A stretch of 47,464 bases of DNA from the NCBI GenBank assembly GCA_965602375.1, contig CBFCZG010000001.1, positions 1 to 47,464 of the forward strand, read 5' to 3'. Positions 8,952-18,141 of this stretch are shown here, one piece after another. A program made the translations under genes and the position numbers. Every line of letters starts with the position of its first letter. Position 1 is the stretch's first letter. This DNA is from an uncultured Phycisphaerae bacterium (lineage in GTDB: Bacteria; Planctomycetota; Phycisphaerae; UBA1845; DATKUK01). A model generated the notes under the pieces. The model was not told the origin of the DNA. It made no database searches and saw only the letters and a program-made list of their open reading frames with translations.

Positions 8952-9857
8952 TCAATCGGCCGCCGAGCCCGCCGGTGCGGTCGTGGGCGGCCTGGGTGGG
9001 ACCGCGCCACTGACGGCGGTTCCGGTCCACACATCCTCCAAGCCAACCGAGGCACCGTCATCGCTGGCGACAAGCTCAACGCTAATCGGCGCGCTGCTGC
9101 CGGTCAGCGTACCGGGAGGCAGCGTAAGGGGCTCGACGCCTGCCCCACGCTGGTTGAGGACCAGGATCTGACCGGGATCAATCTGGCGAAAGTGGTCCTT
9201 ACCCGGCGGGCGAATGCGGGCTCGCCTCAGCCACTTGTAGAGACTCAGGGGCAGGGGCTTGCCGGTTGCGTCAACCAGACGAAGGCGGGTCTGGTACGGA
9301 TGTGTGCCGAGCCGAACGGGTTTTTCGGAGACGTTCTTTACGGCGAACAACAGTAGTTCGGGCTGCCCCTCTTCATGTGGAGTGCAAGCCGACCACGCTG
9401 CGCAGGCCTGTAGTCCGTCGTTCGGCTGCCCGTAGGACAGGTTTTTGTCGAGATACTCGAGCGTCCACTCGACATCCTCGCGCCGTTCGGGGCTGAGACG
9501 CTCAGCTTCAAGGTCTGCGCGATATAGATCGGTCCCGGGTTCCTTGCGAAGCAGCCAGAGTCGCTCCTGTCCGAGCAACTCCTTGACGGTTTGACGGCCG
9601 GCGTCGTCTGCCTCGGCCACGACCGCTCGCAGGACAGTTGACTGGGACGGGGGCTCGATCGCGGCGGTCAGGGTCAGCTCGACGGCCAGGTACTCGGCCG
9701 GAAGACCGCGGTCCGACAGCAGCGTGACCGACTCCAGCTGTTTGGTAAAGCTGCCGAGGCCGATCACGTCGGCCCGCAGGACAAGCAGGTCCAACGGCGG
9801 CGAGGACGGCGAGACGGCCACGGCACACAGAGCGACGGACAGTGCGCTAGCGAACAT
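8952..9857 (-). CDS. Hypothetical secreted protein
   Basis: 301-aa ORF with a signal-peptide-like N-terminus (MFASALSVALCAVAVSPSSP). It fills the gap between flanking genes. I recognise no family. Confidence 0.55.
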   Translation of the reverse strand: MFASALSVALCAVAVSPSSPPLDLLVLRADVIGLGSFTKQLESVTLLSDRGLPAEYLAVELTLTAAIEPPSQSTVLRAVVAEADDAGRQTVKELLGQERLWLLRKEPGTDLYRADLEAERLSPERREDVEWTLEYLDKNLSYGQPNDGLQACAAWSACTPHEEGQPELLLFAVKNVSEKPVRLGTHPYQTRLRLVDATGKPLPLSLYKWLRRARIRPPGKDHFRQIDPGQILVLNQRGAGVEPLTLPPGTLTGSSAPISVELVASDDGASVGLEDVWTGTAVSGAVPPRPPTTAPAGSAAD

Positions 9858-9968
9858 GGTTGGATTCTCCCTGGCAAGATGGTTGTCCGGCGGGCATTAT
9901 ACCCGCTCAGGCGAGCGCGCGTGCGACTGGGTTGACCACACCCAAGCGGGCAGATAGCTTCCGATGGT

Positions 9969-11036
9969 ATGAGGGCGCGGCTGGCACATCTGTGGCTGTG
10001 GGGGGCGCTTCTGGGGTGGGCCGGCGTTGTCGGCTGTGCGGGCAACCAGCCTGTTGGCGACCAGAGCGTGTCGAGGGCATGGGAGCATCCCGAGCCCACG
10101 TCGCCCCGACAGGCGACGCCTCCCCAGCAACCAACCCAAAGCCGAGACGAACCCGTTGCTACAATCAACGGCCGGCCGATATCCCGGCGGGCGTTTGTGG
10201 CGACGCTGACCGAAGCCCATGGGCTGACGGTTCTCCAGCAGATGATGGCGTTGGAACTTGCGCGGCAGGAGACGGCCCGCCGAGGGGTGCGGGTTACCAC
10301 GAAGGACGTGGATGCCGAGTACCGCCGGCGCCTGGCGAGGCTTTACCCGGTGGACCCGGCCACGCCGGCAGAGCTTTCGCACCGTCAGCAGGAGCAGGCG
10401 CTGGCTGTGGTGCTCGATCGCGAAGGCATCAGCCGGCAGGAGTTCATGCTGAAGGTCGAGCGTGATGCACATGTCCGGAAATTGGCCGAGAGCGACCTAA
10501 CGATCGACGAAAAGGCGCTGCGTGCCGAGTACGCGCTTCTCTACGGACCGAAGGTACAGCTACGCATGATTCTGTCTCGTTCGCTGTCGGACGTCGAGCA
10601 GGTGCGCGAGCTGTTGGAGGAGGGGCAGGACTTTGCAGCCATAGCCCGCGGACGCAGCAGCGACCCTTACGCCGCGTCGACCGACGGTCTGACGCAGCCC
10701 TTCTCGCTGGACGACCCGTCGGTGCCGGCCGTTCTGCGTGAGGCCGCCAGGCGCCTGAAACCGGCGGAGGTCTCGAGCACCATTCGCGTGGGTGACCAGT
10801 ACGCTATCATCAGGCTGGAGAAAGAGTTCCCCGCCAGCGAGGTCGAGTATTCGGATGTGCGCGACCAAGTCTTACAGGCCTACCGACAGCGCGTGGTGCC
10901 CGAGCGTATGACGAGGATTACCGGTGACCTGATCGGCAAGGCCCGAGTGGTCATACTCGATCCGCTGCTGCGCCGGCAGTACGAAGAGCGACGGGCAGCG
11001 TCGGGCGGCCAGGCTCCACCGTTGGTCGGCCCATAG
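9969..11036 (+). CDS. Peptidyl-prolyl cis-trans isomerase, parvulin/SurA-PrsA-like lipoprotein
   Basis: Lipobox-like signal ([12 protein letters not shown]), a SurA-N-like helical region, then a PpiC-type rotamase segment (VQLRMIL...[21 protein letters not shown]...[11 protein letters not shown]). Confidence 0.8.
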   Translation: MRARLAHLWLWGALLGWAGVVGCAGNQPVGDQSVSRAWEHPEPTSPRQATPPQQPTQSRDEPVATINGRPISRRAFVATLTEAHGLTVLQQMMALELARQETARRGVRVTTKDVDAEYRRRLARLYPVDPATPAELSHRQQEQALAVVLDREGISRQEFMLKVERDAHVRKLAESDLTIDEKALRAEYALLYGPKVQLRMILSRSLSDVEQVRELLEEGQDFAAIARGRSSDPYAASTDGLTQPFSLDDPSVPAVLREAARRLKPAEVSSTIRVGDQYAIIRLEKEFPASEVEYSDVRDQVLQAYRQRVVPERMTRITGDLIGKARVVILDPLLRRQYEERRAASGGQAPPLVGP

Positions 11037-11121
11037 CTTCAGGCGGACCGCGATTCGACCGATAACCACTGCGTGGGACCCTGCTGCGCCATCGCAGCCA
11101 GACGATCGGAAGGGTTTGGCA

Positions 11122-12345
11122 GTGCAACCGACGGACACCCCAAGTGGAGCGGCTGGTTTCAGGCCGGCGTCGCGCCTCCAGCGGCTGCCGCCGTACCTGT
11201 TCGGCCGACTGAACGCCCTCAAGTACGCCAAGCGACAGGAGGGGATCGACATCATCGATCTGGGCATGGGCAATCCCAGCGATCCCCCGCCGGATATCGT
11301 GGTCGAGAAGCTCTGCGAGGCGGCCCGGGACGGTCGGAACCACCGCTATAGCGACAGCCTCGGTCTTTTGAATCTCCGCCGCGAAGTCGCCAAGCAGTAC
11401 CGCAGCAAGTGGGGCGTGGTGCTGGATCCCCAGCGTGAGATCATCGCGTGCCTGGGCAGCAAGGAGGGGTTCAGCCACATGTGCCTGGCTGCGCTGGGCT
11501 CGGGGGATACGGCGGTGGTGGGCGATCCGTTCTTCCCCATTCACGTGTACGGCGTGGCGCTGGCCGGAGCGAACGTGATCAACGTCCCGTTGGGTAATGA
11601 CGAGGCGTTTCTGGAGCGGGTTTGCTACGTGGTGGAACATTTGTACCCGCGTCCCAAGGTGCTCATCCTGAACTACCCGCACAACCCGACAGCCATGACG
11701 GTGGACTCGCCGTTTTTTGACGAGGTGGTGTCACTGGCTCGACGCTACGACGTGGCGGTGATCCACGATTTTGCGTACGGCGAAACGTGCTTCGACGGCT
11801 ACCGCGCGCCGTCGTTCCTGGCGGCGCGGGGCGCGAAGGAGGTGGGCGTCGAGTTCACGACGATGAGCAAGCCGTACAACATGGCCGGCTGGCGTATCGG
11901 GTTCTGTGCGGGCAACGCGGACATGATCTCGGCGCTGGCGACGATCAAGGGCTATTACGATTACGGCATTTTCCAGCCCATCCAGATCGCCAGCATCGTC
12001 GCGATGCGGCACAGTCAGGACGACGCCAGAAAGCAGGCGCGTCTGTATCAGTCGCGGCGCGACGTGGTGTGTGAGGGACTTAAGCGAATCGGGTGGGAGG
12101 TCACACCGCCGCGGGGCACGATGTTCGTCTGGGCGCGCGTGCCCGAGGCGCACCTGGCCGGCGAGGGCACAATCGACTTCGCCATGCGGATGCTCGACGA
12201 GGCGGAGGTGGCGCTGGCCCCGGGGCGGGCGTTCGGGGAGAACGGCGAGGGGTACGTTCGCATCGCGCTGGTAGAGAACAACCAGCGTCTGCGGCAGGCC
12301 GTGAGGCAACTGGATCGCGCGTTAAACCCCAAGGTTCAGGTATAG
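11122..12345 (+). CDS. Class I/II PLP-dependent aminotransferase (alanine/aspartate transaminase type)
   Basis: LPPYLF...[16 protein letters not shown], and the [15 protein letters not shown] Schiff-base lysine motif. The track start at 11116 is TTG; the in-frame GTG at 11122 has GGAAGGG 7 nt upstream. Confidence 0.9.
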   Translation: MQPTDTPSGAAGFRPASRLQRLPPYLFGRLNALKYAKRQEGIDIIDLGMGNPSDPPPDIVVEKLCEAARDGRNHRYSDSLGLLNLRREVAKQYRSKWGVVLDPQREIIACLGSKEGFSHMCLAALGSGDTAVVGDPFFPIHVYGVALAGANVINVPLGNDEAFLERVCYVVEHLYPRPKVLILNYPHNPTAMTVDSPFFDEVVSLARRYDVAVIHDFAYGETCFDGYRAPSFLAARGAKEVGVEFTTMSKPYNMAGWRIGFCAGNADMISALATIKGYYDYGIFQPIQIASIVAMRHSQDDARKQARLYQSRRDVVCEGLKRIGWEVTPPRGTMFVWARVPEAHLAGEGTIDFAMRMLDEAEVALAPGRAFGENGEGYVRIALVENNQRLRQAVRQLDRALNPKVQV

Positions 12346-12404
12346 ACTGCGCGGGCGGATCTGATGGCTACGGTTGGCGGCCGCGCACTCGGCGGCCGCG
12401 GCGC

Positions 12405-14324
12405 TCAGTCGTTGCGATCGGTCAGAATCACGTCCTTGTAGGTGCCGCCGGCCGGGATCATGGGGTAGACGTTTTCCTCGGCTGCCACCACGACGTCGAG
12501 TAGATAGGGCCCGTCGGTCTCGAACATTCGCGTGTAGGCGTCGGTCAGGTCCTGCGGTCGCCACACACGTTGGGCGGGAATGCGGTAGCCGGCGGCAATC
12601 TGGAGGAAGTCGGGATATATCTCGGGGCTTTCCGCACCTTGCCGGGCCGATTGGCGGGGATCCACGGGCCGGTTCGGATCGGGCACCTTGGCGGGGTCGG
12701 CCAGGCTGGTTTCGGCCCGGTGCCGGCGATAGATCATGTCCTGCCACTGCCGTACCATGCCGAGGAACTGGTTGTTAATGACGACGATTTTCAGGGCGAG
12801 TTGGTAGCGGTGGACGGTCGACAGTTCCTGCACGGTCATATTAAGACTGCCGTCGCCGTCGATATCGATCACCAGGCGGTCGGGACAGCCGACGGCTGCG
12901 CCTATGGCCGCAGGCAACCCGAAGCCCATCGTGCCGAACCCGCTGGAGGAGATGAAGCTTCGAGGGCGGCGGACCTTGTAGTGCTGCATGGCCCACATTT
13001 GATGCTGGCCGACACCGACCGTGACGACGGCCCGGTCGTCGGTCATGTCCGACAGCAGCTTGATGGCCCACGGGGGGCTGATCACGTCATCGAGGCGGGG
13101 CGCCAAGAGAGGCCATCGCGTCTTGGCCTCGGTCAGCATGGCCAGCCACTCATCGCTTTGGGCCTGCCCGACCCGCTCGATCAGGGCCCGCAGGACCACG
13201 CGCAGATCGCCGACGATGCCGACCTCGACGGGCTTGTTTTTATTGATCTCAGACGGATCGACATCAATGTGGACGATCTTGCCGTGCTTGATGAACTCGC
13301 TGACCTTGCCGGTCACCCGGTCGTCGAAGCGGACGCCGACGGCGATCACCAGATCGGCTTCGTTGACGGCGTCGTTGGCGTATTTGGTACCGTGCATGCC
13401 AAGCACATCGATGCAGAGCGGGTGTCCGGGAGGAATGGCTCCCAGGCCCATCACGGTCGTGGTGACGGGCATTCGGGTCTTTTCCGCCAGGGACACCAGC
13501 AGGTCGCCGGCATCGGCCGAAATCACCCCGCCTCCCGCGTAGATGACCGGGCGTCGCGACTGCTGGATCATGTTGCAGACCTGGTCGATGGTCGATCCGT
13601 GCAGGGCCGCCGTCGGCGGCGAAGTCGGGGGCACGTCGAACTCGGGATCGATGTAGTTTCCGTCGCGGTCGACGGCGTACTGCTGTTGAACGTCCTTGGG
13701 GAAGTCGATCAGCACCGGCCCCGGCCGTCCACCGCGAGCCGTGGCAAAGGCTTCATGTACGATCGCAGGAATGTCGATGACCCGTCGGACGAGGAAGACG
13801 GCCTTGGTGATGGGTCGACAGATGTCGACGATGTTCACCTCCTGGAAGGCATTCTTGCCCATCAGGAAGCTGGGAACCTGCCCGGTGATGGCGACAATGG
13901 GGACGCTGTCGGAGTTGGCGTCGGCGATGCCGGTGACCAGGTTGGTGGCGCCGGGCCCCGAGGTAGCCAGGCACACACCGACACGACCGGCGGCACGGGC
14001 AAAGCCCTCGGCGGCATGGGCTGCGCCCTGCTCGTGCTCGGTGCGGACGCATCGGATGCCCGCCGCAGGGAGTACGTCGAAGATTTCTAGATTGGCGCCG
14101 CCGGGGTAACCGAACAGCAGGTCGCACCCGTTCGCGCGCAGCGACTGTACGAAGACCTCGGCGCCTTTGAGCGGCTTGATCCCTTCGGGAACGCGTACCT
14201 CACCTAGAGGCGCGTTGTATGCGGTGGCGTGCTCCTCATACGTGATATCGTCAATTTCGGGTTTGGACGGCGCGGCCGTCGTGGGAAAAAAGCGAACGGC
14301 CTTCCGCCGGGCCTGTCGGGACAT
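12405..14324 (-). CDS. ilvB: Acetolactate synthase (AHAS) large subunit, second divergent copy with no adjacent small subunit
   Basis: FGYPGGANL, ATSGPGATNL, RFDDRVTG, GFGTMGFGLPAAIGA and GMVRQWQ are AHAS catalytic-subunit signatures. I placed the start at ATG 14324 (MSRQARR...). The open frame continues to GTG 14423, which overlaps the PilZ stop. Confidence 0.88.
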   Translation of the reverse strand: MSRQARRKAVRFFPTTAAPSKPEIDDITYEEHATAYNAPLGEVRVPEGIKPLKGAEVFVQSLRANGCDLLFGYPGGANLEIFDVLPAAGIRCVRTEHEQGAAHAAEGFARAAGRVGVCLATSGPGATNLVTGIADANSDSVPIVAITGQVPSFLMGKNAFQEVNIVDICRPITKAVFLVRRVIDIPAIVHEAFATARGGRPGPVLIDFPKDVQQQYAVDRDGNYIDPEFDVPPTSPPTAALHGSTIDQVCNMIQQSRRPVIYAGGGVISADAGDLLVSLAEKTRMPVTTTVMGLGAIPPGHPLCIDVLGMHGTKYANDAVNEADLVIAVGVRFDDRVTGKVSEFIKHGKIVHIDVDPSEINKNKPVEVGIVGDLRVVLRALIERVGQAQSDEWLAMLTEAKTRWPLLAPRLDDVISPPWAIKLLSDMTDDRAVVTVGVGQHQMWAMQHYKVRRPRSFISSSGFGTMGFGLPAAIGAAVGCPDRLVIDIDGDGSLNMTVQELSTVHRYQLALKIVVINNQFLGMVRQWQDMIYRRHRAETSLADPAKVPDPNRPVDPRQSARQGAESPEIYPDFLQIAAGYRIPAQRVWRPQDLTDAYTRMFETDGPYLLDVVVAAEENVYPMIPAGGTYKDVILTDRND

Positions 14325-14419
14325 ACCGCACCCTCTGCACTGATTCGAATTCGTGGCGCCTGACTGACTTTCTATGGTAGCGGGGGGGCAGATTGATGGC
14401 AACTTGGCGTCTGCACCGG

Positions 14420-14809
14420 TCACTCCGGGTGGTGGCCCTCGTCCAAGAGAAAGCGAATACCCACACGGTACCCACCCACCGACCGCGTCGAATGCTCCAC
14501 TCTCGCGGGCACCCAGGGACAGGCGTCGCCTTCATCGGCATACCGCAGGGAAATGGAGGCCCCCACTGTCAACTTATGCCGACCGAACAGCCCCATACCG
14601 CTTTCGCTGACGTCGTGGCCCGTAAAGTAGACCCGGCGTTCGGTGCGCCGGCCTCGGTCGACCAGGACTTCGATGGCGGCAGGCCAGACGTACCGCTCCG
14701 CGTTTCGTTTCCCGAGGAAGGCGCCGGCTCCATTCTGGCCGGCTGCGTCCTGGACCCACGCCTGCACAACTTGGCGTAAGGGAGGCCTATCACAATGGAG
14801 TTGGTTCAT
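14420..14809 (-). CDS. PilZ-domain protein (putative c-di-GMP receptor)
   Basis: RxxxR (RNAER) followed about 30 residues later by DxSxxG (DVSESGMG), the two PilZ c-di-GMP-binding motifs. It aligns without gaps to the paralogue at 43003-43383. Confidence 0.75.
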   Translation of the reverse strand: MNQLHCDRPPLRQVVQAWVQDAAGQNGAGAFLGKRNAERYVWPAAIEVLVDRGRRTERRVYFTGHDVSESGMGLFGRHKLTVGASISLRYADEGDACPWVPARVEHSTRSVGGYRVGIRFLLDEGHHPE

Positions 14810-14953
14810 CCGAGTGTCTCAGCAAACGTGCCGACTGCATACCGGAAGCCGAAGTTCGGCTTACTTATCGACTGTCCGCCCGGTGTGCTTGTGGCAAATC
14901 GTCCGGTGGTCGGGTGCGCAGCTTGTGTGACGGCGGCCGGCAAGCTATCGGGC

Positions 14954-15718
14954 CTAAGCGCCTTCCCCCAGCAGCGCCAGCAGCAGGTTATCCTGCGGGT
15001 AGGCGTGTCCCAGGTGCTGGCGGAAGCCCTCACCGTATGGGACGTTGATCAGACGCCCGCGGGCGGCGGACGCATCCCTCATGGCGATGACATACTGATC
15101 GATCCCGTGGTGGGCCCTCAACCACTCCCGCTGTGAGGCGTGGCAGGTGAGCATCTGCTCCTTCACGTCGATCACCGAGCTGATGTCCACGACGAACTGC
15201 GGCTCGACGGGACGGGCAAAGTGGTCGCGTCCGTCGAGCGGATCGGCGTAGTAAAGGTGAGGCACCCGGGCGATGGGCGGCGCCGGATCGGCCGCCTCGG
15301 TGACGAGGTTGGGCACGGGGCCCCCAAAGGTCGCGGCGCGCACGAGTTGCGGGACCATCTCATGATCGGCCATGTAGTCGACCGGGCTGTGGGTGATCAC
15401 GATGTCGGGCCGCGCCCGCCGAACGATTTCGAGGAACCGCAGTACGGTTGGCCGGTCATGCGTGACCAGCAGGTCCATGCACTCGGCACAGAGGTAGTCG
15501 GCCTTCAGAACCGCGGCGCCGGCGAGGCACTCATGGTACCGCACGCGCGAAATCTCGGCTTGGCCCAATTCGGTACTGCCGCAGTCTCCGGTGGTGGCGG
15601 TTGCCAGCGTGATGTGGCAGCCGGCCTCCCGTCGTAGCCTGACCAGGGTGCCCGCACAGAGAAACTCGGCGTCGTCGGGATGGGCCATGAACGCCAGGAC
15701 CCGCTTGGCCTCACTCAT
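14954..15718 (-). CDS. PIG-L/LmbE-family deacetylase
   Basis: RVLAFMAHPDDAEFLCAGTL (the AHPDD zinc motif) and later ITHSPVDYMADH fit the PIG-L (N-acetylglucosaminyl deacetylase) fold. Confidence 0.85.
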   Translation of the reverse strand: MSEAKRVLAFMAHPDDAEFLCAGTLVRLRREAGCHITLATATTGDCGSTELGQAEISRVRYHECLAGAAVLKADYLCAECMDLLVTHDRPTVLRFLEIVRRARPDIVITHSPVDYMADHEMVPQLVRAATFGGPVPNLVTEAADPAPPIARVPHLYYADPLDGRDHFARPVEPQFVVDISSVIDVKEQMLTCHASQREWLRAHHGIDQYVIAMRDASAARGRLINVPYGEGFRQHLGHAYPQDNLLLALLGEGA

Positions 15719-15760
15719 GAGTTAGTTGCCTCGCTTTCTTGCGTCTTGAACGTCCATATA

Positions 15761-17023
15761 TCATTCGTTGCCGCTTCGCTCGTCGTTACGATCATCGCTG
15801 CGGGGCTGGTGGCGTGTACGGCCCGGTCGAGGAGGGCCCATCAAGGGCAGTTGATAATCACCGATGTAGGCAACCCGCTGAAAGTAGGCCAGTGCTTCGG
15901 TCAGGTCGGTGAAGATCCGCGTAGCCGTCTCGGTAATAAAGGGCGACGGGCCTGCCTTCGGCCGCCAGATGACGTAGACTTCCTTGGTCGTCTCGAAGGC
16001 GTGCTGAAGCTCCCGTTCGACGCCGCTGGACAGGCCCGGCTGGCCGTCGGGCATGGCGGGAATGTAACTGACGATCATGTCGGCCTGCTCGATGAGCATG
16101 AAGTCGCGTGCGTAGATCTGGCCGTCGATGTCCTTGGCCACCGCTAGCAGTTCGCTCGCGTCGAGCATGACCGTTCGGCCGTTCACCTGACGTCGCACGT
16201 GCGACTCGCCCTGTCGGCGCGCGGCGGCGGCGGCGGTGACGAGCTGCTTCTCCTCCACCATGCCCGGGTCGAAAGTGATGAAGTACTCTGCCATCGTATC
16301 GCGAAAGAGGTCGATCTCGGCCATGACCTCGAATTCGTCGGCCACGTGCGTCATGGGGAAAGACAGGTACGCTTTCCTTCGCCATGGCTCGAAGATGAGA
16401 CGGTAGAGCACCTCCTCGGCCTGGGGCGATCGGCTGCGGGCGACGATGTAGAAGCACCCGTGCCCGCGAACGGCTTTGGCCAGCACTTCGGTGGCCAGGA
16501 TTTCCTCCTCGCGCCAGATCAGCAGATCCTTCAGGGTGTGATCGATGTCGTGCTCGCGTTCAAGCCGTTCGTGAACGGCGTCGACGTTGTCGACCACCGT
16601 GACGTACAGATCGGCGTCGAGCTGGCTCATCTGGTCGTGGTCGAACGCCGCAAACACACCGTGACGCCAACGGAACGTGGCGTGGGTGTTGACCAGGAGG
16701 CTGCGCGCAGCGCGGGCCTGCTCGAGGATTTCCTTGAAGACGGCGCGCCGCAAACTGTTTAGACGCCCCAGCGGCAGGTCGAGGATGCGTCCGGATACGA
16801 CGTCGGGGGCATCGGCGTACATCATCTGCCCGACGTTGCAGAGGGTAACGTCCTGCCCGCGCTGAACGGCCAGATCGGCCACACTCAGCAGGAAGGGAGT
16901 CTTGTCCACGCCGACCTGCCCGGTGATGACCACCCGTCGGCCCGGGCGGTCCAGGCCGCGGAACAAACCCTCGGTTTCTGTTGCCCTGCTGCTCAAAGCC
17001 GACACCCGCTGCGATTCCCGCAT
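15761..17023 (-). CDS. Two-domain protein: archaeal-type adenylate-kinase-like P-loop domain fused to a nucleoside 2-deoxyribosyltransferase-like domain
   Basis: The N-terminal half resembles AdkA-type kinases as I remember them: VVITGQVGVDKT versus GIPGVGKS, VNTHATFRWRHG versus IDTHAVIRTPSG, and a lid-like ERLEREHDIDHT. The C-terminal half has the NDT/Rossmann pattern KAYLSFP ... EQADMIVSYIP...SSGVERELQHAFETTKEVYVIW. The long ORF is solid; the function is inferred. Confidence 0.65.
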   Translation of the reverse strand: MRESQRVSALSSRATETEGLFRGLDRPGRRVVITGQVGVDKTPFLLSVADLAVQRGQDVTLCNVGQMMYADAPDVVSGRILDLPLGRLNSLRRAVFKEILEQARAARSLLVNTHATFRWRHGVFAAFDHDQMSQLDADLYVTVVDNVDAVHERLEREHDIDHTLKDLLIWREEEILATEVLAKAVRGHGCFYIVARSRSPQAEEVLYRLIFEPWRRKAYLSFPMTHVADEFEVMAEIDLFRDTMAEYFITFDPGMVEEKQLVTAAAAARRQGESHVRRQVNGRTVMLDASELLAVAKDIDGQIYARDFMLIEQADMIVSYIPAMPDGQPGLSSGVERELQHAFETTKEVYVIWRPKAGPSPFITETATRIFTDLTEALAYFQRVAYIGDYQLPLMGPPRPGRTRHQPRSDDRNDERSGNE

Positions 17024-17132
17024 CCGCCGAGAACGTCCTGACCTCGTGCCAAACTACCTGCCCACGGGCGTGCAATCAACACACAGGCCGTCTTTGACAC
17101 CCGCCCCGTAGGACCGGAGAATTGACCGGGCC

Positions 17133-18113
17133 ATGAAGCGTCTGGTGCTACTGATACTCGTTGGGGGCATTGCGGCGGTGGGCTTTTACGTCCGCTTCAG
17201 TCGCATGGCAGAGCTGCGCCGGGCCAAGCCGCAACCGACGGCGACCACGAGGTCGGCCGATACGGAGGGGCCTCGCGACTACGTGCGGCAGACGGTGGTG
17301 CCCGACGCGGACGAGGCGACGAACGGGCCTCAACGGATCATCTCGCTGGCGCCGAATATCACCGAACTCTGCGCCGCGTTGGGTCTGGCCGACAGGATCG
17401 TAGGCCGGACGCAGTTCTGCCTGCATCCGCCGTCGGTGCAGCACGCGGCGGTGGTGGGCGGGTACGTCGATCCGAATCTCGAGCGGATCGTCGTATTGAA
17501 GTCCGATCTGGTGCTCATCACCACCAGCAGCACGCGACTGAGAGAGAAGCTGGCGGCGCTCGATCTGCCGGTCAAAGAGCTTCCCGACAGTAGTCTGGAA
17601 GATGTTTTTGAAGGCATCCGACTGCTGGGCGAGTATACAGGCCGCCCGAAGACGGCAGCGCAGTTGACCCGGCGCCTGCGCCATGATCTGGATCGACTCG
17701 CCATGCATCGCCCCCCCGCGCCGCTACGGGTGCTGGTGGTGGTGGGCGAGATGCCCGCCATGCCGAGACCGGTCTACGTGGCCGGCCCGGGGTCTTACCT
17801 CGACAGCCTGGTCAAGCTGGCCGGACACGAAAACGCACTAGCGGGCAAGATCGATCGTGCATGGGCCGAGGTGTCGGCGGAGATGGTGCTGGCGGCCAAG
17901 CCGGATGCGATCCTCGAGACACGCAGCCCGGAGCGACTGGGGATGCTTGAGACCGTGTATAAAGCTTGGGCAGATTTCGCCGCGGTGCCGGCCATCGCCA
18001 ATCGGCGGATTTGCTCGATTACCGACGATTTCATCCTGATCCCCGGACCTCGCGTGAACATCGCGCTGTACAAGGTGATCCAGGCGCTGTCGCCTCGGCC
18101 GGTTTTGGACTAG
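17133..18113 (+). CDS. ABC transporter periplasmic binding protein, BtuF/FecB (cobalamin/siderophore/haem) type
   Basis: N-terminal membrane anchor, then RIISLAPNITELCAALGLADRIVG ... NLERIVVLKSDLVLI, which parallels BtuF (RVITLSPANTEL...NLERIVALKPDLVI). Confidence 0.85.
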   Translation: MKRLVLLILVGGIAAVGFYVRFSRMAELRRAKPQPTATTRSADTEGPRDYVRQTVVPDADEATNGPQRIISLAPNITELCAALGLADRIVGRTQFCLHPPSVQHAAVVGGYVDPNLERIVVLKSDLVLITTSSTRLREKLAALDLPVKELPDSSLEDVFEGIRLLGEYTGRPKTAAQLTRRLRHDLDRLAMHRPPAPLRVLVVVGEMPAMPRPVYVAGPGSYLDSLVKLAGHENALAGKIDRAWAEVSAEMVLAAKPDAILETRSPERLGMLETVYKAWADFAAVPAIANRRICSITDDFILIPGPRVNIALYKVIQALSPRPVLD

Positions 18114-18141
18114 CCTACGCTGCGTGGGTGGGGAGGCGTGG

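Noticed and set aside
12346-12404. Terminator between the convergent aminotransferase and AHAS genes
   Set aside because: I found only a 6-bp GC stem around the GCGGCCGC repeats, with no T-tract on either strand. That is too weak to call.
12570-14090. 506-aa plus-strand ORF
   Set aside because: It is antisense to the second AHAS gene, with low-complexity Gly/Asp/Arg/His composition and no motifs.
17024-17132. Cobalamin riboswitch upstream of the BtuF-type ABC importer
   Set aside because: The spacer is only 109 bp and lacks a B12-box-like GCCACTG element or the expected multi-stem structure.
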